Source: Octopus sinensis
Lineage: Eukaryota
Direction of reading: 5' to 3'
Length of the DNA stretch: 64,000 bases
Assembly (NCBI RefSeq): GCF_006345805.1
Contig: NC_043000.1
Coordinates: 76,632,001 to 76,696,000, forward strand
The notes under the pieces are model-generated. The model saw nothing but the letters and a program-made list of their open reading frames with translations. It was not told the origin of the DNA and ran no database searches. The translations under genes were made by a program, and so were the position numbers. Of the stretch, positions 13,163-26,691 are shown piece after piece (the stretch's first letter is position 1; each line of letters opens with the position of its first letter).

Positions 13163-13548
13163 ACTCAGCATCACTAATACTATCATGATCGCCATAAACA
13201 CTACCATCGCTTTCAACACCAACATTACCACCACCATCACCAGCCTCCTTTTCATCTTCCTCCTCTTTATCATGATCATCAATATACGTAATACATTAAG
13301 GCGGCGAGTTGATAGAAACGTTAGCGCGCTGGGAAAAATGGTTAGCGGTATTTCGTCTGTCTTTACATTCGGAGTTCAAATACCGCTGAGGTCGACTTTC
13401 ATCCTTTTCATCCTTTTGAAGTCGATAAAATAAGTACCAATTCAGTACTAGAGACGATTTAAACTGCAGACCTTGTGCCAAAATTTGAAACCAATATACG
13501 TAATACATTAATATCTATATCTAGCTGGTTTTTAATTCATCATTCTAG

Positions 13549-13694
13549 GCTCCAGATAAATTTTCATTCACATCCTGTAAATTCCGCATCCGAAAATGTA
13601 AAGAATCAACTGGCCGTGTTGTGATGTGGCGTCAATTACACATTGCCAATAGCTTTACTATGGAGGCAGCGTTCAGTGGTTCGGTTCTTGACAG
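13549..13694 (+). CDS. AGBL2/AGBL3-like: Exon of cytosolic carboxypeptidase CCP2/3-like gene (end of M14 domain)
   Basis: Acceptor tcattctag, donor gtaaga; phase 0 to 2. Reads [48 protein letters not shown](R), matching the APDKFSF..C.F...KCKE.TGRVVMW...NS(Y/F)TME motif I recall for CCP2/CCP3. The Glu of FTME (13663-13665) is the catalytic Glu270 equivalent. Confidence 0.93.
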
Positions 13695-14440
13695 GTAAGA
13701 TTCTGCTCTGTTACCAGATTGTGCAACGGTGCTTCATTGCGCTGAACTGTAGTAAGGAAAGAAATTCACATACACGCCTACCCGGATACACACACATGCA
13801 TACATGCATTCTCTCTTTCTGTCGTAGCTGACGAACTTGACTTCTTACATGCATACACACACGCGCAACAACACACACACATATATATATATACACATAC
13901 AGGCACACACATATTTCCTGAGTAAAACACGGTTAAAAAAACACAACCTGTCAGAGGTAAAAAAAAACGACCCACAACAATTAACAGTAGAAAGCCGATG
14001 TTACTGCATTGTGAAATGAGTGGAAGAGATATCAACATTTCAGATAGATATCGTTGGCCAAGATAGACGGAGAGACAATAGGAAGGAAACAAGCTATGTT
14101 ATTGTCAAAAGTGAAGCATGTTTAACAATGGCGGACAGTTAATCATCCAGATCATCTTTTACAATGTACATGGCTTTCGCATAAAGTCTTCAACATTTTG
14201 GATGAGACACATCGTATATACTTTTATTGTCGGAATGGGTACATTCTTAGTAGAACATTTGATCAAGTGTTCTCTCATGGTTGTAGAGATATTCAATGAG
14301 TCTCATAATTCAGTTATCGTTGAGTTATAAAATGTATTCGACGGTTATTCAATAGGACTCATTATTCAGGTTTGTGGCTAGTTTCTTTTGTCATAAAGTA
14401 TTCTGCGCCTCGTTCTGCTCATACTACCCTTCACCAATCC

Positions 14441-14493
<53 letters not shown>

Positions 14494-14494
14494 A

Positions 14495-14526
<32 letters not shown>

Positions 14527-14537
14527 GCAGCAGCAGC

Positions 14538-14583
<46 letters not shown>

Positions 14584-14919
14584 TCGACAACGACGACAGC
14601 AACGATAGCGAAAACAACAGCATCATCATCATTATCAACAACAACAATAGCTCCTGCTACTGCTGCTGCTACTACTGTTGCTACTGCTCATATACAAGAC
14701 TCAGAAAATATACGTAACATACAGAAAACAGATTTACTCGGCATATATTACGTAGATTAGTGCTAACAGAAAATACACAATCCAAATACAGATAAAAAAA
14801 GACACAGCACGGTGCACAAAGCTGCGGTTAATTGTGCAGTGAAAATAAACTACTGATACAATAATGATAATGTTGATTAATGGGGATAATAATAGAGATG
14901 ATATTTGTGAATGTTTCAG

Positions 14920-15021
14920 AGGACAGAAACCGTGTCACTTCAGTATTGGAGACTATGAAGACATGGGTAAATCACTGTGTATGGCTATTTATAACTTCCA
15001 CAAGGCCCAGGCTGATGAACG
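14920..15021 (+). CDS. AGBL2/AGBL3-like: Exon of CCP2/3-like gene
   Basis: Acceptor tgtttcag, donor gtaagt; phase 2 to 2. GQKPCHFSIGDYEDMGKSLCMAIYNFHKAQADE(R) aligns to the HF(T/S)..DL..MG...C segment following the CCP domain. Confidence 0.9.
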
Positions 15022-15303
15022 GTAAGTACAATCTTGAGTTTATTGTTGAAGTGTTTGTTACAGGCATTATTAACTCGGCGGTATTCTTGTTGGATGTTTG
15101 TCATGAATCTGTCTCTTTCGTGTGGAGTAAGTGGTGTTTTTTAGTTCATGCAGCAGGGCTCTCTTTCGTTTTTGGTACTGGTAGATTTCTGTGTTTATCT
15201 TCTTTTTGATGTTTTGTGACATCGTATGTTTTAGTTTCCTTTTTTGATGTTCTGAGAGTCCTACCCGCTTGGCAGCTGAATTGACAGATTTTGTGTATAG
15301 CTT

Positions 15304-15693
15304 GTATAGACGGATAGGTACATAGGTTATAAGAACAGACAAGCACACATACGCAAATGGAGACTGAAACACATGACCATATATACTCACACACTTTACT
15401 CCACACAAAGACACATATGGACACACGGATCCACACATATAGAGATGCACCTCCATACATACAAGCATGGTACATAGTTGCAAAACACATGCGCACACAA
15501 GGAGACAGAGGCGCATACAAAGACAAACAGATGCTCTCACACACACATACATAGAAAATACACAAACACGGACATGCAAGCACATGAATATGCAGAATAC
15601 ATACATACAGATGCACACACATACATACATATATACATATGCACACACACACACACACATATATATATCTATATCTATATCTATATCTATATA

Positions 15694-15727
<34 letters not shown>

Positions 15728-16008
15728 CATACACACACACATACATACGTACATGCATGCATGAATAGGCACACACACACACTAACCCACACATATGCGC
15801 ACAAACAAACAAAAAGGAACGCAGTGTAAATAATGGACAGAGTCAAGTCTATTGAAAAGGTTGCAAGACGCAACGAAAATTTTAGGAAAATATGAATAAG
15901 AAATAAGTGGAAATTTTACTGGTGAGTGTGTTAAATTATAAGGCACAATAGAATATGCTTCAACACACGAACTCATATAAAGAATCTTGCAAGCCAAATC
16001 CCAAAACG
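15304..16008 (+). mobile_element. 3' tail (pseudo-LTR) copy of the 62501-64000 PLE family
   Basis: Colinear with 37350-37842 and reverse complement of 62501-63120; abuts an unrelated minus-strand PLE fragment (about 15040-15290, DKHRNLY-like motif). Confidence 0.8.
15848..15886 (+). ncRNA. Variant hammerhead fold with U3-A8 core, in PLE 3' tail
   Basis: TCTA-TTGAAAA-G-GTTGC-aagac-GCAAC-GAA-AATT-T-TAGG; homologues at 62654-62690(-) and 37709-37745(+). Confidence 0.5.
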
Positions 16009-16141
16009 ATATATATATATATATAAATCATTATACTTCGTGATGGTCATATGCACAGTTGTAAGTCAAATTTACTATTTAAGAATATGCAATGACTATT
16101 ATTTATGCCTTGATACACACACACACACACATATATATATA

Positions 16142-17394
16142 CAGGGGTTGGACAGAATAATGGTAACACCACGCATCACAGCATCATAATTTTGAAATAC
16201 CTATAAAACCGTCAAAAACATATTAATTTTTATGTTCTTTAATTTATTATTAGATTTGCTTAATATGTTTTGTTAAAATTGCTGTTTCTTTTCAGATATC
16301 ATCGGAAAAAATTAATTAATATTCATGAAAATGACAAATCTATCGGACATTCAAAGGGATCAAATTGTTGGTGCTCGTATGGCAGGCGCTAGCGTAACGA
16401 AAACAGAGGAAATGTGTGGTGTATCAAGGCGTACTGTCTCAAAAGTAATGACAACTTTTGAGAAAGAGGGAGAAACCTCGTTGAAACAAATCTCCGGAAG
16501 AAAACCAAACTTTCAGATAAGGCTCGTTGAACTCTTACGCGAATTGTTAGAAAGGATCACAAAAGTACGACTCTTATTATTACTGCAGAGTTTAATGACC
16601 ACGTCGAGAAGCCAGTTTCCACAAAAACTGTTCGCCGGGAGTTGCACAAAGTCAGATTTCACGGGAAGGCCGCAATCAGAAAAACTCCACCTTCAAAATC
16701 AAACATTGCAAAGCGTTTAGAGTGGAGTATAAACCTACTGAATTGGTCCCTAGAGCAGCGGATGAATGTTATTTTCGCGGACGAGTCATCCGTTACCTTT
16801 TTTCCGACCACCGGCAGAGTATGCGTGTGGAGCCAAAAGAAGCATTTGACCCAGACTTCCTTTTTCCAACTGTTAAACATGGAGGAGGATCTGTGATGAT
16901 CTTGTGGGGTGGAGGCTGTATATTAGTTACCCTTCATGACAGAATTAATAGTCAAGACTATTTAAGCATTTTATCTGATCAAATTCATCCTATGGTTGCG
17001 GAACCTTTTCCGGAGGGAAACGCAATCTTTCAGAATGATAATGCACAAACTCACACAGCTAAAGTTGTTACTAAATGGCACGAGGAACATTCTAGTGAAG
17101 CTGAGCATCTTATCTGGCCAACACAGTCCCCATATCTCAATATTATTGAACATTTATGGTGCATTTTAGAAAAACAAGTAAGGAGTCGATATCCTCCACC
17201 ATCATCCCTACAAGAACTGGAGACTGTTTTATCAGAAGAATGGACAAAAATTCCTTTGGAAACAATTCAAACTTTGTGCAAGTTCATACCTCTTAGAATT
17301 CAAGCTGTAATTACTGCCAAAGGTGGCCCTACCTCATATTGAAATAAATTTGTTTGAAATTATAAGGTGTTTCCATTATTTTGTCCAACCCCTT
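16142..17394 (+). mobile_element. Full-length Tc1 (DD34E) transposon, frameshifted transposase
   Basis: About 29-bp TIRs (CAGGGGTTGGACAGAATAATGG... / ...CCATTATTTTGTCCAACCCCT) flanked by TA; MTNLSDIQRDQIVGARMAGAS HTH, FADES, HGGGSVM, QNDNAQTH, SPYLNIIEHLW motifs split over several frames. Confidence 0.95.
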
Positions 17395-17674
17395 TATATC
17401 AAGGCATAATATATATAAGGACACAGTTGTGCGTCGATAGCCAGATGGAAAAGATGTTTACCTCGGGCTGAAAAAGATAGTAACACCGTCCTAATAAGGA
17501 CTGTCACTTTACGTTGGCAAACAGACTTTACTCTGTAGTACTATTACTACTTATTTCTCACTCAGAGATTTAGAACTAATTACTTTTCTCCTTACGATAT
17601 CATAGACTGTGTGCCACTTTAAAACAACATACATCGAGCGAGGACTAGTGCTGCCGTCTCTAGCAAAGGTTATT

Positions 17675-17718
17675 CTGTGCTGATGAAGAGAAATAACCCA
17701 GAAACCATTGGTCCGCAG
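17675..17718 (+). ncRNA. Minimal hammerhead-like fold, canonical core, weak stem II
   Basis: CTGTG-CTGATGA-AGAGaaataaCCCA-GAAACCattGGTC-CGCAG. Confidence 0.6.
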
Positions 17719-17887
17719 GTACCGTTCTAGACTGAGTGAGGACATTAGCTCCCTTGTTCAAGGTGTAAGGACGCAGTTGTGTATCGATAGCCAGCTGGAA
17801 AAGCGGATTTCCTGAGACCCAAAAAAGGTAGTAGCACCGTCCTAATCAGGACTGCCACTTGACGTTAGCAAATAGACTTTACTCTCT

Positions 17888-17989
<102 letters not shown>

Positions 17990-18210
17990 AATCGCAATAT
18001 GTGGATTCAAGTAGTCTATTAGTATTAATAAAAAAGCTCCTTAGTTTTTCATTGTATGATGATGTTGGTGTGTTTACGTCCGCGTCACTTAGCGGTCCGT
18101 CAAAAGAAATCGAAAGAATAAGTTCTCGGGTCTATTTGTTCGACTAAAGATGATATTCCAGCATGGCCGAAGTCAAATGACTAAAACAACTAAAAGAATA
18201 AAAGAATAGA

Positions 18211-18327
<117 letters not shown>

Positions 18328-18466
18328 CGGAGATGTACTCGCATAGCAAGTAATTTGATCTGAGATCGTGTGCTGAAACGAAAACAATTGCAGCGTGGAA
18401 GGTGTTTATAAGCCATTTAAGAAACACACAAAAGCCGTTCGATTCACTCCAACGTTTAAGTTTAAT

Positions 18467-18514
18467 TTGTCAAAATATTTTCGTCGCTAAAATCCGCGAC
18501 CTGTTCACTGACAA
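18467..18514 (-). ncRNA. Variant hammerhead fold with G3-C8 core
   Basis: TTGTCA-GTGAACA-G-GTCGC-ggatttta-GCGAC-GAA-AATATT-T-TGACAA. Confidence 0.65.
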
Positions 18515-18522
18515 AGTCCGTG

Positions 18523-18576
<54 letters not shown>

Positions 18577-18968
18577 ATGCATGCATGTATGTGTGTGTAT
18601 GTTTGTGTATGTGTGTGTGTGTTTATATATGTGTGTATGAGTGTGATGTAATTAATATTTTGGAGCATCTTGAGACGGTGAGCTGACTGAATCGTAATGG
18701 CGCCGGGTAAAACGCTCAGCAGCATTTCGCTCATTTTTACCTTGTGAGTTCAAATTCCGGCGTGGTTGACATTGCTTTTCATCTTTTTGGAGTCGATAAA
18801 AATATCAGTTGAGTACAGGAATTGATATAATCGACTTACCCCTCTCCCGAAAATTGCGGGTGTTGAAACCAATATTTTGAGTATATAAAATGCTTTACTT
18901 TAGCTATTGAGCACTGAATTCTCTAGGACATAAAAAGGTATCAAAAGATATATTTAAAACTATTCGTG

Positions 18969-19144
<176 letters not shown>

Positions 19145-19333
19145 TATGATGTAATTATTTAATTGAACGCCACGCATCCATTTCCAAGTAAGCTTATATA
19201 TATATGTGTGTGTGTGTGCGTGTGCGTCTGTGCGTGTTTGTGTGTGTGTGTGTGTGTGTTTGTGTGTATATGTGTGCGTGTGCGTCTGTGCGTGTTTGTG
19301 TGTGTATGTGTGCGTGTGCGTGTGCGTCTGTGC

Positions 19334-19365
<32 letters not shown>

Positions 19366-19444
19366 TGACTGCGAGGCATGTCTTCTGTTTACAACATTCT
19401 TACTGTTCATCATTGAGTGTCAACAATGCAAACCCATTTTTCAG

Positions 19445-19572
19445 CCTTCAAGCCAAATTCACATTTAGCCTTACCCGCCAAATAACACAACAGCTCATGA
19501 AGAACAATGATACTTCTAACAATAAGGTACCACAGCTAAAAGACATTCTGAGAGAAAATCAGCAAAATAAAG
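19445..19572 (+). CDS. AGBL2/AGBL3-like: Exon of CCP2/3-like gene (C-terminal region)
   Basis: Acceptor ccatttttcag, donor gtgaga; phase 2 to 1, fitting both neighbours. [42 protein letters not shown]. Confidence 0.8.
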
Positions 19573-19681
19573 GTGAGAAATGTTTCGATCATTCGTGTAC
19601 TCAATACATTTTGTCTTTTGATGTACACTGGAATTATATATTGCCGTACTCTTTTTCTGCACGTACCTCTGTCCCACTAAC

Positions 19682-20155
<474 letters not shown>

Positions 20156-22721
20156 TATTATTTTTTTAAAAAATAAGCACATGTATACAGTAACACATAT
20201 ATCACCAGGAAAATGTGAGTGCAGGCGTGCTTGACAAGAAGTGGAAGCTTAAAAGTATTGCAATGAAGCCGAAATATGAATAAAAACATCATTAAATATT
20301 TAAAAAAACTTATGGTATATCAGTTATGTATATTATGTATTGATAGAAAAGTATTTGAGAAAGTCTAATAATCTTGCTAATAAAACTTAAAGCTATCATG
20401 TTATTTTTAACATAGCTATTCTAATGCATACTGTAATATGTTTAATGCATCCTTTTCTTAAAATATTTCAACTTCAACTATATTATTAAGCTGCCACTTT
20501 TGCCCCTTACTTTTCTAGGTTCAGTTATCCCTGCACCTGTATTTTCCTGGTAGTCCACTTATTTTACAGGCAACCCAATCTTAGTTATTAAAAATTAATA
20601 AATTTATTAATAAATTTATTATAGATATTATTCAATAAATATGCATATAAAATCTGATCACAATGAAAATTGATATTCAAGTAAAAATGATAGGAGAGTA
20701 AAAGTAATGCACATGGTAACAAACTAAAAATAATTAAATGCACATGAATTGAGGATTACCAGTTTGAACCTGTTTGCTTAAACATAAAACAAACTAGAAA
20801 ATGATTAATGATGATATGGCAAAAACAATGAAGATGAAAACGAGAGAAATATAAATTATAAGATTAAATATAAAAAATAAAGCTACCAATATAAGATCAC
20901 AGAACATGAGAAAAAATAGTTATCGACGAAAAAAATGTTGATAAGAATGATAAAAGTTAATTACAATAAAATTAAGCAATGGAAGGACTTTCAGAAGCTG
21001 TATGCACACATGTAGACTCTCATAGTTGTTTTTAAATCAATTTCTTTAATGACTCATTTTGTAAGTGATCACCCTTGGCACTCGAAATGTGCCTATTTAT
21101 AAGCTTTGTAAAGGGACGTTCTAGCAGCTTCTAGAAAGCTGCATCACATGATGTCCCGATGCTGATTGATCCACAACTCGGTCGGCCATATGAAAAAGTT
21201 GTTACTAAGCCGTGATTTTAATTTGGCAATTTGAGCTCTTTCACAAAAGATAATTTTTTACAAAAATATTTAAAAAAGGAAAATGGTGCTTAGAAGTTGC
21301 ATTCAAGCATCACTCAACCATTTTTGAATGCACATATTTTATCGTAACTTCTTACTGAACCAATATTTCATAAATATATCTCAAAATGCAATTGAGCATT
21401 GGTTCTTTTTAATGACTGCATTTAAGGACTGCATTTAATTGGTCTTGGATTGAATTAAGGAGAGTTGAAGTCGCGAACGAGTAAATATTAACTTTAAGAA
21501 TATTGTTTATTCTTATATATTCTTATATATTGTTTATTCTTATATATTCTTATGTATTGTTTATGCTTATATATTGTTTATTCTATATATTGTTTATATA
21601 CTTAAGGCTGCGAGCTGGCGCAATCGTTAGTTTCTTTTGCTCTTTTTAGTCTAGTATTTCTAGTTTTTTGTAGTAAGTAATAAAGTGGACACAAGAAAGA
21701 TAATAGACAAGTGTATAGTATAATGGACAAGTGTAATAGACAAGGGTGGTCAAGCCATACTGGGGTGGATACGTAGTGTTGTCTAGCCACTAAGGAAAAC
21801 TAGAAATAGATGTCAGCAAGCAAAGAAAAGATTTAAAATTTGTAGGATAAAAAGGAAAGCCACCTGTTGCCATTTTGAACAAGACAATCACATAACCACA
21901 ACTTCAACTGCTGTTCAAACTGTAATTTTGGTGGCACACCTATTGAGCATTCAGAACGCATACCTGTGAGTTTAAGTTATCCTGATGAAAACCCCTCATA
22001 TCCTCCCTCTCTCTCTTCACACACACACACATTGAGAAAAAAGATCGTCAGAATTTTGGAAAAAATCTTTTATTATTAGCGCTTTCGTTCGTTTCTCGAA
22101 CTTGTCAAATAGAATTTTGTGAATGTACATTTTATTTGACCAGTTCGAGAACTATATATATATATACAAAATGGGACAAGAACTCATAACATTCAGATAG
22201 ACGATAAAAAAAACACGGACGGGTTATTTGAAGCCTTTAATCTTCAATCAAGAACCGGATCATCCTCGCAATTTCGGTTGATTAATCTTGAGATTGCTCC
22301 ATCTCGCTCTATCTCTCTCTTCTCCCCCTCCTTAATTCCTTTGTTCCTCTTTTTCTTTCTTTTCTCTTCTCCCGTGACCATTGGCCGACTGCTAGCCCTT
22401 TTGCGTCACTGTCACATCGTTATTTAATTCGTCTCCAGTCGAAAGACGCCTGTTGTTATGGTCTGTTATTATTGTTTTTTTGTATTATTTTTGTATTTAT
22501 ATTCGTGTAACATCGCCCGTTTTTCTGTCCTTGGTTCGTATACATTCGATGCTTTTTCCAAGGAATCTAGCTTAGTTTTTTTCTTGGGGCTGGCCAGATT
22601 GGAGCAATCTGAAGATTAATCAGCCGAAATTGCGAGGATGATCCGGTTCTTGAATGAAGATTAAAGGCTTCGTGTTTTTTGTATCGTCTTTTTGGATGTT
22701 TTGCGTGCTTGTCCTATTTTG

Positions 22722-22782
<61 letters not shown>

Positions 22783-23162
22783 TATATTGAGGGTACTACT
22801 ATTCGTAGATACCAACACGCTAAGAGGGACCAATGCGGTCAAAACTACTAAAAATAAACAAAATTTTACCGAATGCAAAACTTCAAAACACATCATTTTA
22901 AAAAAGAATTCAGTTACATATCACATGTGATTTCGCATTTAATGCAGAATATGCATTTCATGTCCGTCAGTGCAACAAACTCAAGAAATATAAGAAAAAA
23001 CATAACATTACAAACTCGATAGCCAACCGTAGAATTCGTCGTAGCTTGTACGAATGTTTATCCTTACATATCTATGAAAATGGCGGGCTTTTTCGCAATG
23101 CATTTCGGTAACAAATTGCCTAGTTGGAATAAAAATTCAGTATTGAACTATTCCGGTGAAAA

Positions 23163-23364
23163 ATATAAATTAACAATTGAGGATAAAATCTTTAAAAGAA
23201 ATTATCAGTAGTCAGCGTGAAAAACCTCGTAAGAGAAAAAATCCGTAAATTCTTCCTCTTTGAAAATATTTTCAAAGAGGAAGAATTTACGGATTTTTTC
23301 TCTTACGAGGTTTTTCACGCTGACTACTGATAATTTCTTTTAAAGATTTTATCCTCAATTGTTA

Positions 23365-23372
<8 letters not shown>
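23163..23372. repeat. Perfect 210-bp palindrome with no spacer
   Basis: 105-bp arms centred between 23267 and 23268. Confidence 0.95.
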
Positions 23373-23405
<33 letters not shown>

Positions 23406-23463
23406 ATATATATATCTATATATATATATATATTATATATATATATAGATATATATATATATA

Positions 23464-23510
<47 letters not shown>

Positions 23511-23738
23511 TTCGGTTTCTACTACTGGATGCCTTTTGTAACGCTAACCACTAAACGCACACACATACATATGCATTGGGAATTTCTTTTTGCGCCTATG
23601 TTATGTACATACGTGGGAAATAAACAATAGAATCAGTCTGCCTTGAATAGCAATGAACAATCGTGATCGCTTCATTATGTGAAGCGGCCTTTAAGACCTC
23701 AAATGAAAAAAAGACATCCATTTTGTTTTCTTATATAG

Positions 23739-23953
23739 CAAAGAACGACATCCATGCGTCGAAAAGACATCATTCAAACAATCAGAACCAGAATCGAGGT
23801 GACGAAAAAGATACAACTGAGGGTGAAATTGTTGATTCAGCAGTTTCTGGCTTGAATTATTCTGGAAGTAGAATGGATGCCGCCAGTGAAGATCTATTAG
23901 TGATGCCACAACAGAGAACAACGCCAACCTACGGCAGTAATGACAAGATTCAA
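23739..23953 (+). CDS. AGBL2/AGBL3-like: Exon of CCP2/3-like gene (C-terminal region)
   Basis: Acceptor ttttcttatatag, donor gtaagg; phase 1 to 0; open, unique sequence KNDIHASKRHHSNNQNQNRGDEKDTTEGEIVDSAVSG...GSNDKIQ. Confidence 0.8.
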
Positions 23954-24099
23954 GTAAGGAATCATTTTCTTTATATTTTATAACTGTTGCTGAATGATAG
24001 AGTATCACGTGCATTTGTTAGTTCTATATCAACTGGAACTCATTGTTTTGTAATGTGTCATCGAATTGCACATCATCCTCCAGTCGTATACTAAATTAA

Positions 24100-24281
24100 A
24101 GTAATGGTCAATCGGAGACCCCTCCTCTTCGGTCACGAATGACCATGGGATTGCGCCCAGAAAGTTACCCTCCGAGCAACGTGAAATATAGTGTCTTGCT
24201 CAAGAACCCAACACGCAGCCCAGTGCGGGATTCGAGCTCACAACCTCACGGTCGTAGCTTGACGCTCTAATCACTGAGCCA
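24100..24281 (-). mobile_element. tRNA-derived SINE fragment
   Basis: TGGCTCAGTGATTAGAGCGTC A box and GAGCTCGAATCCC B box on minus strand. Confidence 0.65.
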
Positions 24282-24317
24282 TAATATAATGGCTCAGTGG
24301 TTAGAGTCATAATGGTC

Positions 24318-24392
<75 letters not shown>

Positions 24393-24408
24393 GATGATGA
24401 TGATGATG

Positions 24409-24475
<67 letters not shown>

Positions 24476-24998
24476 GTAGCTGGATCCGTGAAAATATTAA
24501 CGGAAAATATAAAAAGTTTAAGCAACTGTAAATTGTGTACTGGTGCCATGAGAAATGTTTGTATATTATAACAGTTAAAGGCGGCGAGCAGGCTGAATCG
24601 TTAGCACGTCGGGTGAAGTAGCTTAGCTGTTTTTCGTCTGTCATTACGTTCTAAGTTCAAATTCTGCCGAGGCTGACTTTGCATTTCATCCTTTCGGAGT
24701 CGATAAATTAAGTACCAGTTGTTCGGCTCTATGAATTTAATTTTTTTAATGCTTTCACTCATTACTTGATACATGAAAACAGAAATTGGAAAAATCCTGA
24801 CCGAAACAGAGAAATTGTAACTTAACAAAAATATAGAAAGAGAAAGAAAAGGTTGTGTTCGAAAGCCAAAAGATGTTTTTTTTAGCTGAGGTGCAATTTT
24901 ATAATTAAAACAAATACAACACTTAAATTTTGGAATATATGACTTAACAAGTTATCTGGTGTATTGCCGATTTCAAATGGGCAGAAGACCTGAAACAA

Positions 24999-25066
<68 letters not shown>

Positions 25067-25437
25067 TTGGGCTTTTAATAGCCAGGGGTCAATTTCTGTT
25101 CAATTGTAAAAAGGAATTCAAAGGAATTCAGCCACTCCTTCTCACTCTCTCTTTGTTTCTCACTTTGTCTCTCCCTTTCTCGACACGCGTCAAATTTAAG
25201 TATCCCAATAAGACTGTTGCTGCTTCGGTGGACAAGTAGGCATGTGTAGAGAGAAGTAGTAATACAACACATAGGTGGTGGTTTCAAATCTCTTCCAGAA
25301 ATTACAAGAGATCTAGTTAAAAACTTTTATTTTAGCAACAAAATTTCTTTCAGTAATTTCTTTCCCTTAAGCGTGACACACGCTTCAGCTACGTACAAAA
25401 AACAAATTGGCGTATTAATATTATTGATGATAGTAAT

Positions 25438-25801
25438 AAATGCCCTAATGCAGTACCAAGCAGTGGCTCCCATGGCTTCTGATCTTAACTGACTTGAAGT
25501 GTCATCATGTACATGATTTGTCTTGGTATAGAAGATGGGCTACAGCAAATAATCTTCTCAATACCACAAATTTGCTTGTCAGTTGCTTGACCTTAACCAC
25601 TTGGCTGACGAGCATGTCCCTTAGTGACCGAAAATATGTGCATCTCTGATCACGACCAGGGGTAGTGGGGAAGCATTATAGCCATGTGTTGAGAGAAATT
25701 CTTTGGGGGTTTGAATAATTCACCTTTGAAAATATGGGTGTTTCATTCATCATTCTTAAACAAACCTTATTCAGAAAACTTTTTAGCGGGATGGGCTACT
25801 C
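25438..25801 (+). mobile_element. 3'-truncated, diverged (TAA)n-associated element
   Basis: AAATGCCCTAATGCAGTACC start; colinear with 6584 copy. Confidence 0.75.
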
Positions 25802-25836
25802 AATATCCTTACTGTTTGGGTTAGCGAATCCAGACC

Positions 25837-25882
<46 letters not shown>

Positions 25883-26060
25883 TTCTTCTTCTTCTTCTTC
25901 TTCTCTTCTTCTTCTTCTTCTTCTTCTTCTTCTTCTTCTTCTTCCCTCCAGGCGGTTCTCTGCTAGCTACTTGATAATATTTTCACATTTAATTCCTAAT
26001 TCTAGTAATTTTTATGATATTAGAAGCCACGAGAGCCACTACCTGCTACTGCATCAGGGC

Positions 26061-26107
<47 letters not shown>

Positions 26108-26127
26108 TATTATTATTATTATTATTA

Positions 26128-26241
<114 letters not shown>

Positions 26242-26671
26242 GAGTGAGAGAGCAGTTCATGCCATCAAAGTGACACTGGGGTAAAATATACGAAGCCCAG
26301 TATACCCATCATGACTACCCGTCTGATAAGGGTACACCAGGCACATGCATCACAACCATATGTCCGCGACATGGTGATCTCATATCAAGATAAACAGCAC
26401 ATGACCTTACAGGCGGGGCCCAGTTAGAATTTTCTTCAGGTTGAGTAACCCATCCCGCTCAAAAGGTCCCTGAATAAGGGTTGTTTAAGGATGTTGAAAG
26501 AACCACCCATGTTTCCAGAGGTGAATTATTCAAACCCCAAAGAATCCCTCTCAATACATGGCTATGATGCTCCCCCACTACTTCTGCTCGTGATCAGAGA
26601 TGCACATATCGTCAGCCACTAGGGGACATGCTCAACTGGTTAAGGTCAAACAACTGACAAGCAAATCTGTG
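26242..26671 (-). mobile_element. 5'-truncated (TAA)n-associated element
   Basis: Intact 3' end in (TAA)n, truncated 5' end, same orientation as and directly downstream of the R4/Dong element. Confidence 0.8.
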
Positions 26672-26691
26672 TATTATTATTATTATTATTA

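Noticed and set aside
14252-14273. 22-bp quasi-palindrome and ORF 14118-14330
   Set aside because: Short, single copy, no recognisable protein motif.
22596-22670. CTGAAGA motifs in the 22166/22596/32508 repeat
   Set aside because: Not conserved between copies and no complete fold.
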